A DNA stretch of 64,000 nucleotides from Escherichia coli (GTDB taxonomy: Bacteria; Pseudomonadota; Gammaproteobacteria; Enterobacterales; Enterobacteriaceae): NCBI RefSeq assembly GCF_011045215.1, contig NZ_CP049201.1; one strand, written 5' to 3'. Positions 32,625 to 44,875 of the stretch are shown piece after piece. The position numbers and the translations under genes were made by a program. Within the stretch, counting starts at the first letter, position 1; each line of letters starts with the position of its first letter. The notes under the pieces were generated by a model. The model was given only the letters and a program-made list of their open reading frames with translations, searched no databases and had not been told where the DNA came from.

Positions 32625-34094
32625 ATGGTTTCCGAAACTAAAACCACAGAAGCGCCGGGCTTACGCCGTGAATTAAAGGCGCGTCACCTGACGATGATTG
32701 CCATTGGCGGTTCCATCGGTACAGGTCTTTTTGTTGCCTCTGGCGCAACGATTTCTCAGGCAGGTCCGGGCGGGGCATTGCTCTCGTATATGTTGATTGG
32801 CCTGATGGTTTACTTCCTGATGACCAGTCTCGGTGAACTGGCTGCATATATGCCGGTTTCCGGTTCGTTTGCCACTTACGGTCAGAACTATGTTGAAGAG
32901 GGCTTTGGCTTCGCGCTGGGCTGGAACTACTGGTACAACTGGGCGGTGACTATTGCCGTTGACCTGGTTGCAGCTCAGCTGGTCATGAGCTGGTGGTTCC
33001 CGGATACACCGGGCTGGATCTGGAGTGCGTTGTTCCTCGGCGTTATCTTCCTGCTGAACTACATCTCTGTTCGCGGCTTTGGTGAAGCGGAATACTGGTT
33101 CTCACTGATCAAAGTCACGACAGTTATTGTCTTTATCATCGTTGGCGTGCTGATGATTATCGGTATCTTCAAAGGCGCGCAGCCTGCGGGCTGGAGCAAC
33201 TGGACAATCGGCGAAGCGCCGTTTGCTGGTGGTTTTGCGGCGATGATCGGCGTAGCTATGATTGTCGGCTTCTCTTTCCAGGGAACCGAGCTGATCGGTA
33301 TTGCTGCAGGCGAGTCCGAAGATCCGGGGAAAAACATTCCACGCGCGGTACGTCAGGTGTTCTGGCGAATCCTGTTGTTCTATGTGTTCGCGATCCTGAT
33401 TATCAGCCTGATTATTCCGTACACCGATCCGAGCCTGCTGCGTAACGATGTTAAAGACATCAGCGTTAGTCCGTTCACCCTGGTGTTCCAGCACGCGGGT
33501 CTGCTCTCTGCTGCGGCGGTGATGAACGCAGTTATTCTGACGGCGGTGCTGTCAGCGGGTAACTCCGGTATGTATGCGTCTACTCGTATGCTGTACACCC
33601 TGGCGTGTGACGGTAAAGCGCCGCGCATTTTCGCTAAACTGTCGCGTGGTGGCGTGCCGCGTAATGCGCTGTATGCGACGACGGTGATTGCCGGTCTGTG
33701 CTTCCTGACCTCCATGTTTGGCAACCAGACGGTATACCTGTGGCTGCTGAACACCTCCGGGATGACCGGTTTTATCGCCTGGCTGGGGATTGCCATTAGC
33801 CACTACCGCTTCCGTCGCGGTTACGTATTGCAGGGACACGACATTAACGATCTACCGTACCGTTCAGGTTTCTTCCCACTGGGTCCGATCTTCGCATTCA
33901 TTCTGTGTCTGATTATCACTTTGGGCCAGAACTACGAAGCATTCCTGAAAGATACCATTGACTGGGGCGGCGTAGCGGCAACGTATATTGGTATCCCGCT
34001 GTTCCTGATTATTTGGTTCGGCTACAAGCTGATTAAAGGAACCCACTTCGTACGCTACAGCGAAATGAAGTTCCCGCAGAACGATAAGAAATAA
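32625..34094 (+). CDS. lysP: Lysine-specific permease LysP (APC family)
   Basis: 489-aa ORF MVSETKTTEAPGLRRELKARHLTMIAIGGSIGTGLF...: amino acid permease signature. Confidence 0.95.
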   Translation: MVSETKTTEAPGLRRELKARHLTMIAIGGSIGTGLFVASGATISQAGPGGALLSYMLIGLMVYFLMTSLGELAAYMPVSGSFATYGQNYVEEGFGFALGWNYWYNWAVTIAVDLVAAQLVMSWWFPDTPGWIWSALFLGVIFLLNYISVRGFGEAEYWFSLIKVTTVIVFIIVGVLMIIGIFKGAQPAGWSNWTIGEAPFAGGFAAMIGVAMIVGFSFQGTELIGIAAGESEDPGKNIPRAVRQVFWRILLFYVFAILIISLIIPYTDPSLLRNDVKDISVSPFTLVFQHAGLLSAAAVMNAVILTAVLSAGNSGMYASTRMLYTLACDGKAPRIFAKLSRGGVPRNALYATTVIAGLCFLTSMFGNQTVYLWLLNTSGMTGFIAWLGIAISHYRFRRGYVLQGHDINDLPYRSGFFPLGPIFAFILCLIITLGQNYEAFLKDTIDWGGVAATYIGIPLFLIIWFGYKLIKGTHFVRYSEMKFPQNDKK

Positions 34095-34113
34095 GTTTCT
34101 CCCTTCCTTGCTA

Positions 34114-34140
34114 AGCCCTCTCAACCGAGAGGGCTTTTTC
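34114..34140 (+). terminator. Rho-independent terminator of lysP
   Basis: agccctctc-aacc-gagagggct followed by ttttt, 20 bp after the lysP stop. Confidence 0.8.
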
Positions 34141-34191
34141 AATTCCATTTCCCTTACAAATCATGCGGATATAAAATTTAACATTTGGATT

Positions 34192-34217
34192 GATAATTGT
34201 TATCGTTTGCATTATCG
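34192..34217. promoter_or_regulatory. Fur box-like sequence upstream of cirA
   Basis: gataattgttatcgtttgcattatcg resembles overlapping GATAAT/ATTATC Fur hexamer repeats; lies ~170 bp upstream of the cirA ATG. Confidence 0.6.
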
Positions 34218-34385
34218 TTACGCCGCAATCAAAAAAGGCTGACAAATCAGAGGCTGGTCCGGCTTTCTGGGATGATCACCTGCATACAAATAAGTCCACC
34301 GCGATGCTGCCGTACGCAAGGGGACGTGAAGAAGATGTGAGCGATAACCCATTTTATTTTCGTAGTTACCTCATGGAGATATGGA

Positions 34386-36365
34386 ATGTTTAGGTTGAAC
34401 CCTTTCGTACGGGTCGGGCTGTGTTTGTCCGCTATTTCTTGTGCATGGCCTGTGTTAGCGGTCGATGATGATGGCGAAACGATGGTTGTCACTGCATCTT
34501 CCGTTGAACAAAACCTTAAAGATGCACCCGCCAGTATCAGCGTCATTACCCAGGAAGACCTGCAGCGAAAACCGGTACAGAATCTGAAGGATGTCCTCAA
34601 AGAAGTGCCTGGCGTACAACTGACGAACGAAGGGGATAACCGTAAGGGCGTTAGTATTCGTGGTCTGGACAGCAGCTACACCCTGATTCTTGTCGACGGT
34701 AAACGCGTTAACTCCCGCAATGCCGTCTTCCGCCACAATGATTTCGATCTGAACTGGATCCCGGTCGATTCCATCGAACGTATTGAAGTGGTCCGTGGCC
34801 CGATGTCGTCGCTGTACGGTTCCGATGCGCTCGGCGGTGTAGTGAATATCATCACCAAAAAAATCGGTCAGAAATGGTCGGGTACCGTTACCGTCGATAC
34901 CACCATTCAGGAACATCGCGATCGCGGTGATACCTATAACGGTCAGTTCTTTACCAGTGGACCATTAATTGATGGTGTGCTGGGAATGAAAGCCTACGGC
35001 AGCCTGGCAAAACGTGAAAAGGATGACCCGCAAAACTCAACGACCACCGATACCGGAGAAACGCCGCGTATTGAAGGATTCTCCAGCCGCGACGGCAATG
35101 TCGAATTTGCCTGGACACCGAATCAAAATCACGATTTTACTGCCGGATACGGTTTCGACCGTCAGGATCGTGATTCCGACTCGCTGGACAAAAACCGCCT
35201 GGAACGCCAGAACTACTCCGTCAGCCATAATGGGCGTTGGGATTACGGCACCAGCGAACTGAAATACTACGGTGAGAAAGTCGAGAACAAAAACCCTGGC
35301 AACAGCAGCCCGATAACTTCCGAAAGCAATACGGTCGACGGCAAATACACGTTGCCGCTGACGGCGATTAATCAGTTTCTCACGGTTGGCGGTGAATGGC
35401 GTCACGACAAACTTAGCGATGCGGTGAACCTGACCGGGGGAACCAGCTCCAAAACGTCTGCCAGCCAGTACGCGCTGTTTGTGGAAGATGAATGGCGGAT
35501 CTTCGAGCCGCTGGCGCTGACGACCGGCGTGCGTATGGACGATCACGAAACCTACGGTGAACACTGGAGTCCGCGTGCCTACCTGGTTTATAACGCCACC
35601 GACACCGTAACGGTGAAAGGGGGCTGGGCGACGGCATTTAAAGCACCTTCTCTGTTGCAACTTAGCCCTGACTGGACGAGCAATTCCTGCCGTGGCGCAT
35701 GTAAGATTGTGGGTAGCCCGGATCTGAAACCAGAAACCAGCGAAAGTTGGGAGCTGGGGCTTTACTACATGGGTGAAGAAGGCTGGCTGGAAGGGGTTGA
35801 ATCCAGCGTTACCGTTTTCCGTAACGATGTGAAAGATCGTATCAGCATCAGCCGTACGTCTGACGTCAATGCTGCACCAGGCTACCAAAACTTTGTCGGT
35901 TTTACAGCGAACGGTGTGCCGGTATTTAGCTACTACAACGTTAACAAAGCACGTATTCAGGGCGTGGAAACCGAGCTGAAAATTCCGTTCAACGATGAAT
36001 GGAAACTGTCACTCAACTACACCTACAACGATGGTCGTGATGTCAGCAACGGCGAAAACAAACCGCTATCCGATCTGCCGTTCCATACCGCTAACGGTAC
36101 GCTGGACTGGAAACCGCTGGCGCTGGAAGACTGGTCATTCTATGTTTCTGGTCACTATACCGGGCAGAAACGAGCCGACAGCGCGACGGCTAAAACACCG
36201 GGCGGTTATACCATCTGGAATACCGGCGCGGCCTGGCAGGTGACTAAAGACGTCAAACTGCGCGCAGGCGTGCTGAACCTTGGCGACAAGGATCTCAGTC
36301 GTGACGACTACAGCTATAACGAAGACGGACGTCGTTACTTTATGGCAGTGGATTATCGCTTCTGA
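34386..36365 (+). CDS. cirA: TonB-dependent outer membrane receptor CirA (catecholate siderophore / colicin I receptor)
   Basis: 659-aa ORF with signal peptide, TonB box (ETMVVTA), plug and beta-barrel regions, terminal aromatic residue (..VDYRF). Confidence 0.93.
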   Translation: MFRLNPFVRVGLCLSAISCAWPVLAVDDDGETMVVTASSVEQNLKDAPASISVITQEDLQRKPVQNLKDVLKEVPGVQLTNEGDNRKGVSIRGLDSSYTLILVDGKRVNSRNAVFRHNDFDLNWIPVDSIERIEVVRGPMSSLYGSDALGGVVNIITKKIGQKWSGTVTVDTTIQEHRDRGDTYNGQFFTSGPLIDGVLGMKAYGSLAKREKDDPQNSTTTDTGETPRIEGFSSRDGNVEFAWTPNQNHDFTAGYGFDRQDRDSDSLDKNRLERQNYSVSHNGRWDYGTSELKYYGEKVENKNPGNSSPITSESNTVDGKYTLPLTAINQFLTVGGEWRHDKLSDAVNLTGGTSSKTSASQYALFVEDEWRIFEPLALTTGVRMDDHETYGEHWSPRAYLVYNATDTVTVKGGWATAFKAPSLLQLSPDWTSNSCRGACKIVGSPDLKPETSESWELGLYYMGEEGWLEGVESSVTVFRNDVKDRISISRTSDVNAAPGYQNFVGFTANGVPVFSYYNVNKARIQGVETELKIPFNDEWKLSLNYTYNDGRDVSNGENKPLSDLPFHTANGTLDWKPLALEDWSFYVSGHYTGQKRADSATAKTPGGYTIWNTGAAWQVTKDVKLRAGVLNLGDKDLSRDDYSYNEDGRRYFMAVDYRF

Positions 36366-36396
36366 TGAGAAGATGCCCGGCGAACCGGGCGGACTT

Positions 36397-37266
<870 letters not shown>

Positions 37267-37490
37267 TCATCATACCGTTTATTCAATGTGCTGTGAGTAA
37301 CTTTCACTTCCGTATTTGCATAACGATGTTTTAACATCTGCTGATGAAAGGCAGCGGCAATTACAATAATTATCGCTGTGAATACTGGATTATGTGCGCC
37401 GCCTCACGCACAATAATCAGGCTGTAAATCAGCTTAATAACTTTGCCCCCACGCAGGGCGGAGGCGTCACACCTGCAGGAGAAATCATAA

Positions 37491-38159
37491 ATGCCATCAC
37501 TCAGTAAAGAAGCGGCCCTGGTTCATGAAGCGTTAGTTGCGCGAGGACTGGAAACACCGCTGCGCCCGCCCGTGCATGAAATGGATAACGAAACGCGCAA
37601 AAGCCTTATTGCTGGTCATATGACCGAAATCATGCAGCTGCTGAATCTCGACCTGGCTGATGACAGTTTGATGGAAACGCCGCATCGCATCGCTAAAATG
37701 TATGTCGATGAAATTTTCTCCGGTCTGGATTACGCCAACTTCCCGAAAATCACCCTCATTGAAAACAAAATGAAGGTCGATGAAATGGTCACCGTGCGCG
37801 ATATCACTCTGACCAGTACCTGTGAACACCATTTTGTTACCATCGATGGCAAAGCGACGGTGGCTTATATCCCGAAAGATTCGGTGATCGGTCTGTCAAA
37901 AATTAACCGTATTGTGCAGTTCTTTGCCCAGCGTCCGCAGGTGCAGGAACGTCTGACGCAGCAAATTCTCATTGCGCTACAAACGCTGCTGGGCACCAAT
38001 AACGTGGCTGTCTCTATCGACGCGGTGCATTATTGCGTGAAGGCGCGTGGCATCCGCGATGCAACCAGTGCCACGACAACGACCTCTCTTGGTGGATTGT
38101 TCAAATCCAGTCAGAATACGCGCCACGAGTTTCTGCGCGCTGTGCGTCATCACAACTGA
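37491..38159 (+). CDS. folE: GTP cyclohydrolase I FolE
   Basis: 222-aa [26 protein letters not shown]... with conserved TSTCEHH motif. Confidence 0.95.
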
Positions 38160-38175
38160 TTTAAAGGCAGGAACC

Positions 38176-39333
38176 ATGGAGCGCAACGTCACGCTCGATT
38201 TTGTTCGCGGCGTCGCCATTCTGGGGATCCTGCTATTAAACATCAGCGCCTTTGGGCTACCAAAGGCGGCTTATCTTAATCCCGCCTGGTACGGTGCTAT
38301 TACGCCGCAGGATGCATGGACCTGGGCATTTCTCGATCTCATCGGCCAGGTGAAATTCCTCACGCTTTTTGCGCTGCTGTTTGGTGCGGGCCTGCAAATG
38401 TTGCTGCCCCGTGGCAGACGCTGGATCCAGTCGCGGTTAACGCTATTAGTCTTGCTGGGCTTTATTCACGGTTTATTGTTCTGGGACGGCGATATTCTGC
38501 TGGCTTACGGGCTGGTGGGCTTAATCTGCTGGCGGCTGGTGCGCGATGCGCCATCGGTAAAAAGCCTGTTTAATACCGGCGTCATGCTTTATCTGGTGGG
38601 GCTTGGCGTTTTGCTGTTATTGGGGTTGATTTCCGATACCCAGACCAGCCGCGCCTGGACGCCGGATGCATCGGCTATTTTGTATGAAAAATACTGGAAG
38701 CTTCACGGCGGCGTTGAAGCGATCAGTAATCGTGCCGATGGTGTTGGCAACAGTTTACTGGCACTGGGCGCACAGTATGGCTGGCAACTGGCAGGGATGA
38801 TGCTCATTGGTGCGGCGCTGATACGCAGCGGCTGGCTGAAAGGGCAGTTCAGCTTACGTCACTATCGTCGTACTGGTTTTGTGCTGGTGGCGATTGGGGT
38901 GACCATTAACCTTCCTGCCATCGCCCTGCAATGGCAGCTGGACTGGGCGTATCGCTGGTGTGCCTTCTTACTTCAAATGCCGCGGGAACTGAGTGCGCCG
39001 TTTCAGGCGATTGGCTATGCGTCGCTGTTTTATGGCTTCTGGCCGCAATTGAGCCGCTTTAAGCTGGTGCTTGCGATCGCCTGCGTCGGACGGATGGCGC
39101 TGACCAACTATCTATTGCAAACGCTGATTTGTACCACGCTTTTTTACCACCTCGGTTTGTTTATGCATTTTGACCGCCTGGAGCTGCTGGCGTTTGTTAT
39201 TCCGGTATGGCTGGCGAATATCCTCTTCTCTGTTATCTGGCTGCGTTACTTCCGCCAGGGGCCGGTGGAATGGCTCTGGCGTCAGTTAACTTTGCGTGCT
39301 GCCGGACCGGCAATATCTAAAACATCAAGATAA
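38176..39333 (+). CDS. yeiB: Inner membrane protein YeiB (DUF418 family)
   Basis: ORF 38047..39333 overlaps the folE 3' end; start assigned to the internal ATG at 38176 (MERNVTLDFVRG...), giving 385 aa; polytopic. Confidence 0.82.
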   Translation: MERNVTLDFVRGVAILGILLLNISAFGLPKAAYLNPAWYGAITPQDAWTWAFLDLIGQVKFLTLFALLFGAGLQMLLPRGRRWIQSRLTLLVLLGFIHGLLFWDGDILLAYGLVGLICWRLVRDAPSVKSLFNTGVMLYLVGLGVLLLLGLISDTQTSRAWTPDASAILYEKYWKLHGGVEAISNRADGVGNSLLALGAQYGWQLAGMMLIGAALIRSGWLKGQFSLRHYRRTGFVLVAIGVTINLPAIALQWQLDWAYRWCAFLLQMPRELSAPFQAIGYASLFYGFWPQLSRFKLVLAIACVGRMALTNYLLQTLICTTLFYHLGLFMHFDRLELLAFVIPVWLANILFSVIWLRYFRQGPVEWLWRQLTLRAAGPAISKTSR

Positions 39334-39474
39334 CGATCTGGATCACATTCGTTAACAAAACGGCTGTAACCGTTTCCATTGCTGTGACTCGATTCACGAA
39401 GTCCTGTATTCAGTGCTGACAAAATAGCCGCCAGCAAGCAGTCATTTACTGCAATCTCATAACAGGTAGTGAAT

Positions 39475-40515
39475 ATGATCACCATTCGTGATGTAGCGCG
39501 TCAGGCTGGCGTCTCTGTGGCAACGGTTTCCCGGGTGCTCAATAACAGCACGCTGGTCAGTGCCGATACGCGTGAAGCAGTAATGAAAGCCGTGAGTGAG
39601 CTGGATTATCGGCCAAACGCCAATGCCCAGGCGCTGGCAACTCAGGTTAGCGACACCATTGGCGTGGTGGTGATGGACGTTTCTGATGCGTTTTTCGGCG
39701 CGCTGGTAAAAGCGGTGGATCTGGTCGCCCAGCAGCATCAGAAATACGTGCTAATCGGCAATAGCTATCATGAAGCGGAAAAAGAACGTCACGCCATTGA
39801 GGTGTTAATTCGCCAGCGTTGTAATGCGTTGATTGTTCACTCAAAAGCATTGAGTGACGATGAACTGGCGCAATTTATGGATAACATTCCCGGTATGGTG
39901 TTAATCAACCGCGTTGTGCCGGGGTACGCCCATCGTTGCGTTTGCCTGGATAATCTCAGCGGTGCCCGAATGGCGACGCGCATGTTGCTGAATAACGGTC
40001 ATCAACGTATTGGTTATCTTTCTTCCAGTCACGGCATTGAAGATGACGCCATGCGTAAAGCAGGCTGGATGAGTGCGTTGAAAGAGCAGGATATTATTCC
40101 GCCGGAAGGCTGGATTGGCACTGGCACGCCGGACATGCCGGGCGGTGAGGCGGCGATGGTTGAACTGCTGGGGCGCAATCTACAACTTACCGCTGTATTT
40201 GCTTATAACGACAATATGGCCGCTGGCGCACTGACAGCATTAAAAGATAATGGCATTGCGATTCCGTTACATCTCTCAATCATCGGTTTCGATGATATTC
40301 CCATCGCCCGTTACACCGACCCGCAATTAACGACCGTGCGTTATCCCATTGCTTCAATGGCTAAATTAGCCACCGAACTGGCCTTGCAGGGTGCAGCAGG
40401 CAATATTGATCCTCGTGCCAGCCACTGTTTTATGCCGACGTTAGTGCGTCGCCATTCTGTCGCAACGCGCCAGAATGCGGCGGCGATCACTAACTCAACA
40501 AATCTGGCGATGTAA
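39475..40515 (+). CDS. galS: Galactose isorepressor GalS (LacI/GalR family)
   Basis: LacI-type HTH ([24 protein letters not shown]) and periplasmic-binding-protein-like core; 346 aa from the chosen ATG. Confidence 0.92.
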   Translation: MITIRDVARQAGVSVATVSRVLNNSTLVSADTREAVMKAVSELDYRPNANAQALATQVSDTIGVVVMDVSDAFFGALVKAVDLVAQQHQKYVLIGNSYHEAEKERHAIEVLIRQRCNALIVHSKALSDDELAQFMDNIPGMVLINRVVPGYAHRCVCLDNLSGARMATRMLLNNGHQRIGYLSSSHGIEDDAMRKAGWMSALKEQDIIPPEGWIGTGTPDMPGGEAAMVELLGRNLQLTAVFAYNDNMAAGALTALKDNGIAIPLHLSIIGFDDIPIARYTDPQLTTVRYPIASMAKLATELALQGAAGNIDPRASHCFMPTLVRRHSVATRQNAAAITNSTNLAM

Positions 40516-40527
40516 CCGCTTTCAATC

Positions 40528-40543
40528 TGTGAGTGATTTCACA
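40528..40543. promoter_or_regulatory. CRP-like site TGTGA-N6-TCACA in the mglB upstream region, with an adjacent GalR/GalS operator-like sequence (tgtaaccgctttcaat, 40511-40526)
   Basis: Perfect CRP half-sites with 6-bp spacer. Could alternatively act as a hairpin just downstream of galS. Confidence 0.55.
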
Positions 40544-40794
40544 GTATCTTAACAATGTGATAGCTATGATTGCACCGTTTTAACGTTGTAACCCGTATGT
40601 AACAGTGAATAATCACTTTCACCGAGGTAATAGCGTCATAACAACAATTAAAGCCGTTTTCTGGAGCGTTACCGGGCATGGAAGAACGAATTTTACAAAG
40701 TGAGCTTCGGCGTTCAGTAACACTTCATTAACTCTACTGCCCCGCCGAGCATTTATCTCAAGCACTACCCTGCATAAGAAAAACCGGAGATACC

Positions 40795-41793
40795 ATGAAT
40801 AAGAAGGTGTTAACCCTGTCTGCTGTGATGGCCAGCATGTTATTCGGTGCCGCTGCACACGCTGCTGATACTCGCATTGGTGTAACAATCTATAAGTACG
40901 ACGATAACTTTATGTCTGTGGTGCGCAAGGCTATTGAGCAGGATGCGAAAGCCGCGCCAGATGTTCAGCTGCTGATGAATGATTCTCAGAATGACCAGTC
41001 CAAGCAGAACGATCAGATCGACGTATTGCTGGCGAAAGGGGTGAAGGCACTGGCAATCAACCTGGTTGACCCGGCAGCTGCGGGTACGGTGATTGAGAAA
41101 GCGCGTGGGCAAAATGTGCCGGTGGTATTCTTTAACAAAGAACCGTCTCGTAAGGCGCTGGATAGCTACGACAAAGCCTACTACGTTGGCACTGACTCCA
41201 AAGAGTCCGGCATTATTCAGGGCGATTTGATTGCTAAACACTGGGCGGCGAATCAGGGTTGGGATCTGAACAAAGACGGTCAGATTCAGTTCGTACTGCT
41301 GAAAGGTGAACCGGGCCATCCGGATGCAGAAGCACGTACCACTTACGTGATTAAAGAGCTGAACGACAAAGGCATTAAAACTGAACAGTTACAGTTAGAT
41401 ACCGCAATGTGGGACACCGCTCAGGCGAAAGATAAGATGGACGCCTGGCTGTCTGGCCCGAACGCCAACAAAATCGAAGTGGTTATCGCCAACAACGATG
41501 CGATGGCAATGGGCGCGGTAGAAGCACTGAAAGCACACAACAAGTCCAGCATTCCGGTGTTTGGCGTCGATGCTCTGCCAGAAGCGCTGGCGCTGGTGAA
41601 ATCCGGTGCACTGGCGGGCACCGTACTGAACGATGCTAACAACCAGGCGAAAGCGACCTTTGATCTGGCGAAAAACCTGGCCGATGGTAAAGGTGCGGCT
41701 GATGGCACCAACTGGAAAATCGACAACAAAGTGGTCCGCGTACCTTATGTTGGCGTAGATAAAGACAACCTGGCTGAATTCAGCAAGAAATAA
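40795..41793 (+). CDS. mglB: Periplasmic D-galactose/D-glucose-binding protein MglB
   Basis: 332-aa ORF with signal peptide ([23 protein letters not shown]) and type I periplasmic binding protein features. Confidence 0.95.
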   Translation: MNKKVLTLSAVMASMLFGAAAHAADTRIGVTIYKYDDNFMSVVRKAIEQDAKAAPDVQLLMNDSQNDQSKQNDQIDVLLAKGVKALAINLVDPAAAGTVIEKARGQNVPVVFFNKEPSRKALDSYDKAYYVGTDSKESGIIQGDLIAKHWAANQGWDLNKDGQIQFVLLKGEPGHPDAEARTTYVIKELNDKGIKTEQLQLDTAMWDTAQAKDKMDAWLSGPNANKIEVVIANNDAMAMGAVEALKAHNKSSIPVFGVDALPEALALVKSGALAGTVLNDANNQAKATFDLAKNLADGKGAADGTNWKIDNKVVRVPYVGVDKDNLAEFSKK

Positions 41794-41853
41794 GACTGAT
41801 TGGGCGCAGTCTATTACTGCGCCCTTATTGTATGACCAACAAGGTAAAATTAT

Positions 41854-43374
41854 ATGGTCAGCTCAACGACTCCGTCCTCCGGGGAATACTTGTTGGAAAT
41901 GAGCGGTATCAGCAAGTCCTTTCCTGGTGTTAAGGCACTTGATAACGTTAATTTAAAAGTCCGGCCACATTCTATCCATGCATTAATGGGGGAAAACGGT
42001 GCAGGAAAATCGACATTATTAAAATGCCTGTTTGGTATTTATCAAAAAGACTCCGGCACCATTTTATTCCAGGGTAAAGAGATCGATTTTCATTCTGCCA
42101 AAGAAGCACTGGAAAATGGTATTTCGATGGTACACCAGGAGTTAAACCTGGTATTACAACGTTCGGTGATGGATAACATGTGGCTGGGGCGATATCCCAC
42201 CAAAGGCATGTTTGTCGATCAGGACAAAATGTACCGCGAAACCAAAGCGATTTTTGATGAACTGGATATTGATATCGATCCGCGTGCGCGCGTTGGCACA
42301 TTATCCGTTTCGCAAATGCAGATGATCGAAATCGCCAAAGCGTTTTCCTATAACGCGAAAATTGTGATTATGGATGAACCGACTTCTTCGTTAACCGAAA
42401 AAGAGGTCAATCATCTATTCACTATTATTCGTAAATTAAAAGAGCGCGGCTGCGGCATTGTCTATATCTCGCATAAAATGGAAGAGATCTTCCAGCTATG
42501 TGATGAAGTCACGGTACTGCGCGACGGTCAGTGGATAGCCACCGAACCGCTGGCAGGGCTGACGATGGACAAGATCATCGCCATGATGGTTGGGCGTTCT
42601 CTGAACCAACGTTTCCCGAATAAAGAAAACAAACCCGGCGAAGTGATCCTCGAAGTGCGTAACCTCACGTCGCTGCGCCAGCCGTCGATTCGCGATGTCT
42701 CGTTTGACCTGCATAAAGGGGAGATCCTCGGTATTGCCGGACTGGTGGGGGCGAAACGTACCGATATTGTTGAGACGTTATTTGGTATTCGCGAGAAATC
42801 GGCTGGCACCATTACGTTGCACGGCAAAAAGATCAATAACCATAATGCCAACGAAGCCATAAACCACGGATTTGCACTGGTAACTGAAGAGCGCCGCTCA
42901 ACGGGAATTTATGCCTATCTGGATATTGGCTTTAACTCGTTAATTTCCAATATTCGCAACTACAAAAATAAAGTTGGTTTACTGGATAACTCGCGGATGA
43001 AAAGCGATACCCAGTGGGTCATTGATTCGATGCGGGTAAAAACACCGGGGCATCGGACGCAAATAGGTTCGCTCTCAGGTGGCAATCAGCAAAAAGTGAT
43101 TATTGGTCGCTGGCTGTTAACGCAACCAGAAATATTAATGCTCGATGAACCGACGCGCGGTATTGATGTTGGGGCGAAGTTTGAGATTTATCAGTTAATT
43201 GCCGAACTGGCGAAGAAAGGCAAGGGGATTATTATTATCTCCTCTGAAATGCCAGAGTTGTTAGGGATAACAGACCGTATTCTGGTTATGAGCAATGGCC
43301 TCGTTTCCGGAATTGTCGATACAAAAACAACAACGCAAAACGAAATTCTGCGTCTTGCGTCTTTGCACCTTTAA
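41854..43374 (+). CDS. mglA: Galactose/methyl-galactoside ABC transporter ATP-binding protein MglA (duplicated ATPase domains)
   Basis: 506-aa ORF; Walker [10 protein letters not shown] and a second ABC domain. Confidence 0.95.
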   Translation: MVSSTTPSSGEYLLEMSGISKSFPGVKALDNVNLKVRPHSIHALMGENGAGKSTLLKCLFGIYQKDSGTILFQGKEIDFHSAKEALENGISMVHQELNLVLQRSVMDNMWLGRYPTKGMFVDQDKMYRETKAIFDELDIDIDPRARVGTLSVSQMQMIEIAKAFSYNAKIVIMDEPTSSLTEKEVNHLFTIIRKLKERGCGIVYISHKMEEIFQLCDEVTVLRDGQWIATEPLAGLTMDKIIAMMVGRSLNQRFPNKENKPGEVILEVRNLTSLRQPSIRDVSFDLHKGEILGIAGLVGAKRTDIVETLFGIREKSAGTITLHGKKINNHNANEAINHGFALVTEERRSTGIYAYLDIGFNSLISNIRNYKNKVGLLDNSRMKSDTQWVIDSMRVKTPGHRTQIGSLSGGNQQKVIIGRWLLTQPEILMLDEPTRGIDVGAKFEIYQLIAELAKKGKGIIIISSEMPELLGITDRILVMSNGLVSGIVDTKTTTQNEILRLASLHL

Positions 43375-43389
43375 GATTAGGGGCTTCCC

Positions 43390-44400
43390 ATGAGTGCGTT
43401 AAATAAGAAAAGTTTTCTTACTTACCTGAAAGAGGGCGGTATTTACGTCGTTCTTTTAGTTTTGCTGGCGATTATTATTTTCCAGGACCCAACATTTTTA
43501 AGTCTGTTGAACTTAAGTAATATTCTCACCCAGTCATCGGTGCGTATTATTATCGCGCTCGGCGTGGCAGGGTTAATTGTCACCCAGGGGACCGACCTTT
43601 CTGCAGGTCGTCAGGTGGGGCTGGCGGCAGTAGTAGCGGCGACGTTATTGCAGTCCATGGATAACGCCAACAAAGTGTTCCCGGAAATGGCGACGATGCC
43701 GATTGCGCTGGTTATTCTGATTGTCTGTGCCATTGGTGCGGTGATCGGTTTGATCAACGGTCTGATTATCGCTTATCTCAACGTGACGCCGTTCATTACC
43801 ACGCTTGGCACGATGATCATCGTCTATGGCATCAACTCGCTCTATTACGACTTTGTCGGGGCGTCGCCAATTTCTGGTTTTGACAGTGGCTTCTCTACCT
43901 TTGCTCAGGGCTTTGTCGCGCTGGGGAGTTTCCGTCTCTCTTACATCACCTTCTACGCGTTGATTGCGGTGGCGTTCGTCTGGGTGTTGTGGAACAAAAC
44001 CCGCTTCGGTAAGAACATTTTTGCCATTGGCGGTAACCCGGAAGCGGCAAAAGTATCTGGTGTCAACGTCGGCCTGAACCTGCTGATGATCTACGCGTTG
44101 TCTGGTGTGTTCTATGCCTTCGGCGGGATGTTAGAAGCCGGACGTATCGGTTCTGCCACCAACAACCTCGGCTTTATGTATGAACTGGATGCTATCGCGG
44201 CGTGCGTGGTAGGCGGTGTATCGTTCAGCGGCGGTGTGGGGACGGTGATTGGCGTGGTGACCGGGGTAATTATTTTTACCGTCATCAACTATGGCCTGAC
44301 GTATATCGGCGTAAACCCATACTGGCAGTACATCATCAAAGGGGCGATTATTATCTTCGCCGTAGCGCTGGATTCACTGAAATACGCGCGTAAGAAGTGA
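43390..44400 (+). CDS. mglC: Galactose/methyl-galactoside ABC transporter permease MglC
   Basis: 336-aa polytopic ORF immediately after mglA. Confidence 0.93.
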   Translation: MSALNKKSFLTYLKEGGIYVVLLVLLAIIIFQDPTFLSLLNLSNILTQSSVRIIIALGVAGLIVTQGTDLSAGRQVGLAAVVAATLLQSMDNANKVFPEMATMPIALVILIVCAIGAVIGLINGLIIAYLNVTPFITTLGTMIIVYGINSLYYDFVGASPISGFDSGFSTFAQGFVALGSFRLSYITFYALIAVAFVWVLWNKTRFGKNIFAIGGNPEAAKVSGVNVGLNLLMIYALSGVFYAFGGMLEAGRIGSATNNLGFMYELDAIAACVVGGVSFSGGVGTVIGVVTGVIIFTVINYGLTYIGVNPYWQYIIKGAIIIFAVALDSLKYARKK

Positions 44401-44454
44401 TATGATTGTGGTCCGCATTCGGTCATAAACGCACATAACATCATGATCTGTGTG

Positions 44455-44875
44455 GTTTTGTAGGCCGGATAAGGCGTTCACGCCGCATCCGGCGACAGGA
44501 GCCAAATGCCGGATGCAACGCTGGCGCGTTTTATCCGGCCTACAATGAGCTCAACATACTGATTTGTATGGTTTTGTAGGCCGGATAAGGCGTTCACGCC
44601 GCATCCGGCGACAGGAGCCAAATGCCGGATGCAACGCTGGCGCGTTTTATCCGGCCTACAATGAGCTCAACATACTGATTTGTATGGTTTTGTAGGCCGG
44701 ATAAGGCGTTCAAGCCGCATCCGGCGACAGGAGCCAAATGCCGGATGCAACGCTGGCGCGTTTTATCCGGCCTACAATGAGCTCAACATACTGATTTGTA
44801 TGGTTTTGTAGGCCGGATAAGGCGTTCAAGCCGCATCCGGCGACAGGAACCAAATGCCGGATGCGTCTCTGGTTT
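44455..44875. repeat. Tandem BIME/REP array: ~3.6 copies of a 116-bp unit, each holding two inverted REP palindromes
   Basis: The motif gtaggccggataaggcgttca[c/a]gccgcatccggcg recurs at 44460, 44576, 44692 and 44808 (period exactly 116 bp), each followed by the inverted gccggatgcaacgctggcgcgttttatccggcctac. The last unit is cut off at the preA stop codon. Confidence 0.9.

Noticed and set aside
34190-34393. 67-aa ORF in the cirA leader
   Set aside because: It overlaps the Fur box and promoter region of cirA and ends inside the cirA start; most likely a chance ORF in AT-rich regulatory DNA.
34386-36365. cirA ORF length (659 codons) is slightly shorter than the ~663 I recall for K-12 CirA
   Set aside because: The difference is within my memory error and typical allelic indel variation in surface loops. 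The reading frame is intact with normal signal peptide, TonB box and C-terminal Phe, so there is no evidence of a lesion.
44455-44875. Regularly spaced 116-bp repeats that could be mistaken for a CRISPR array
   Set aside because: Units are near-identical throughout, with no unique spacers, are built from REP palindromes (gccggatg...ccggc), and there are no cas genes nearby. This is a BIME tandem array.
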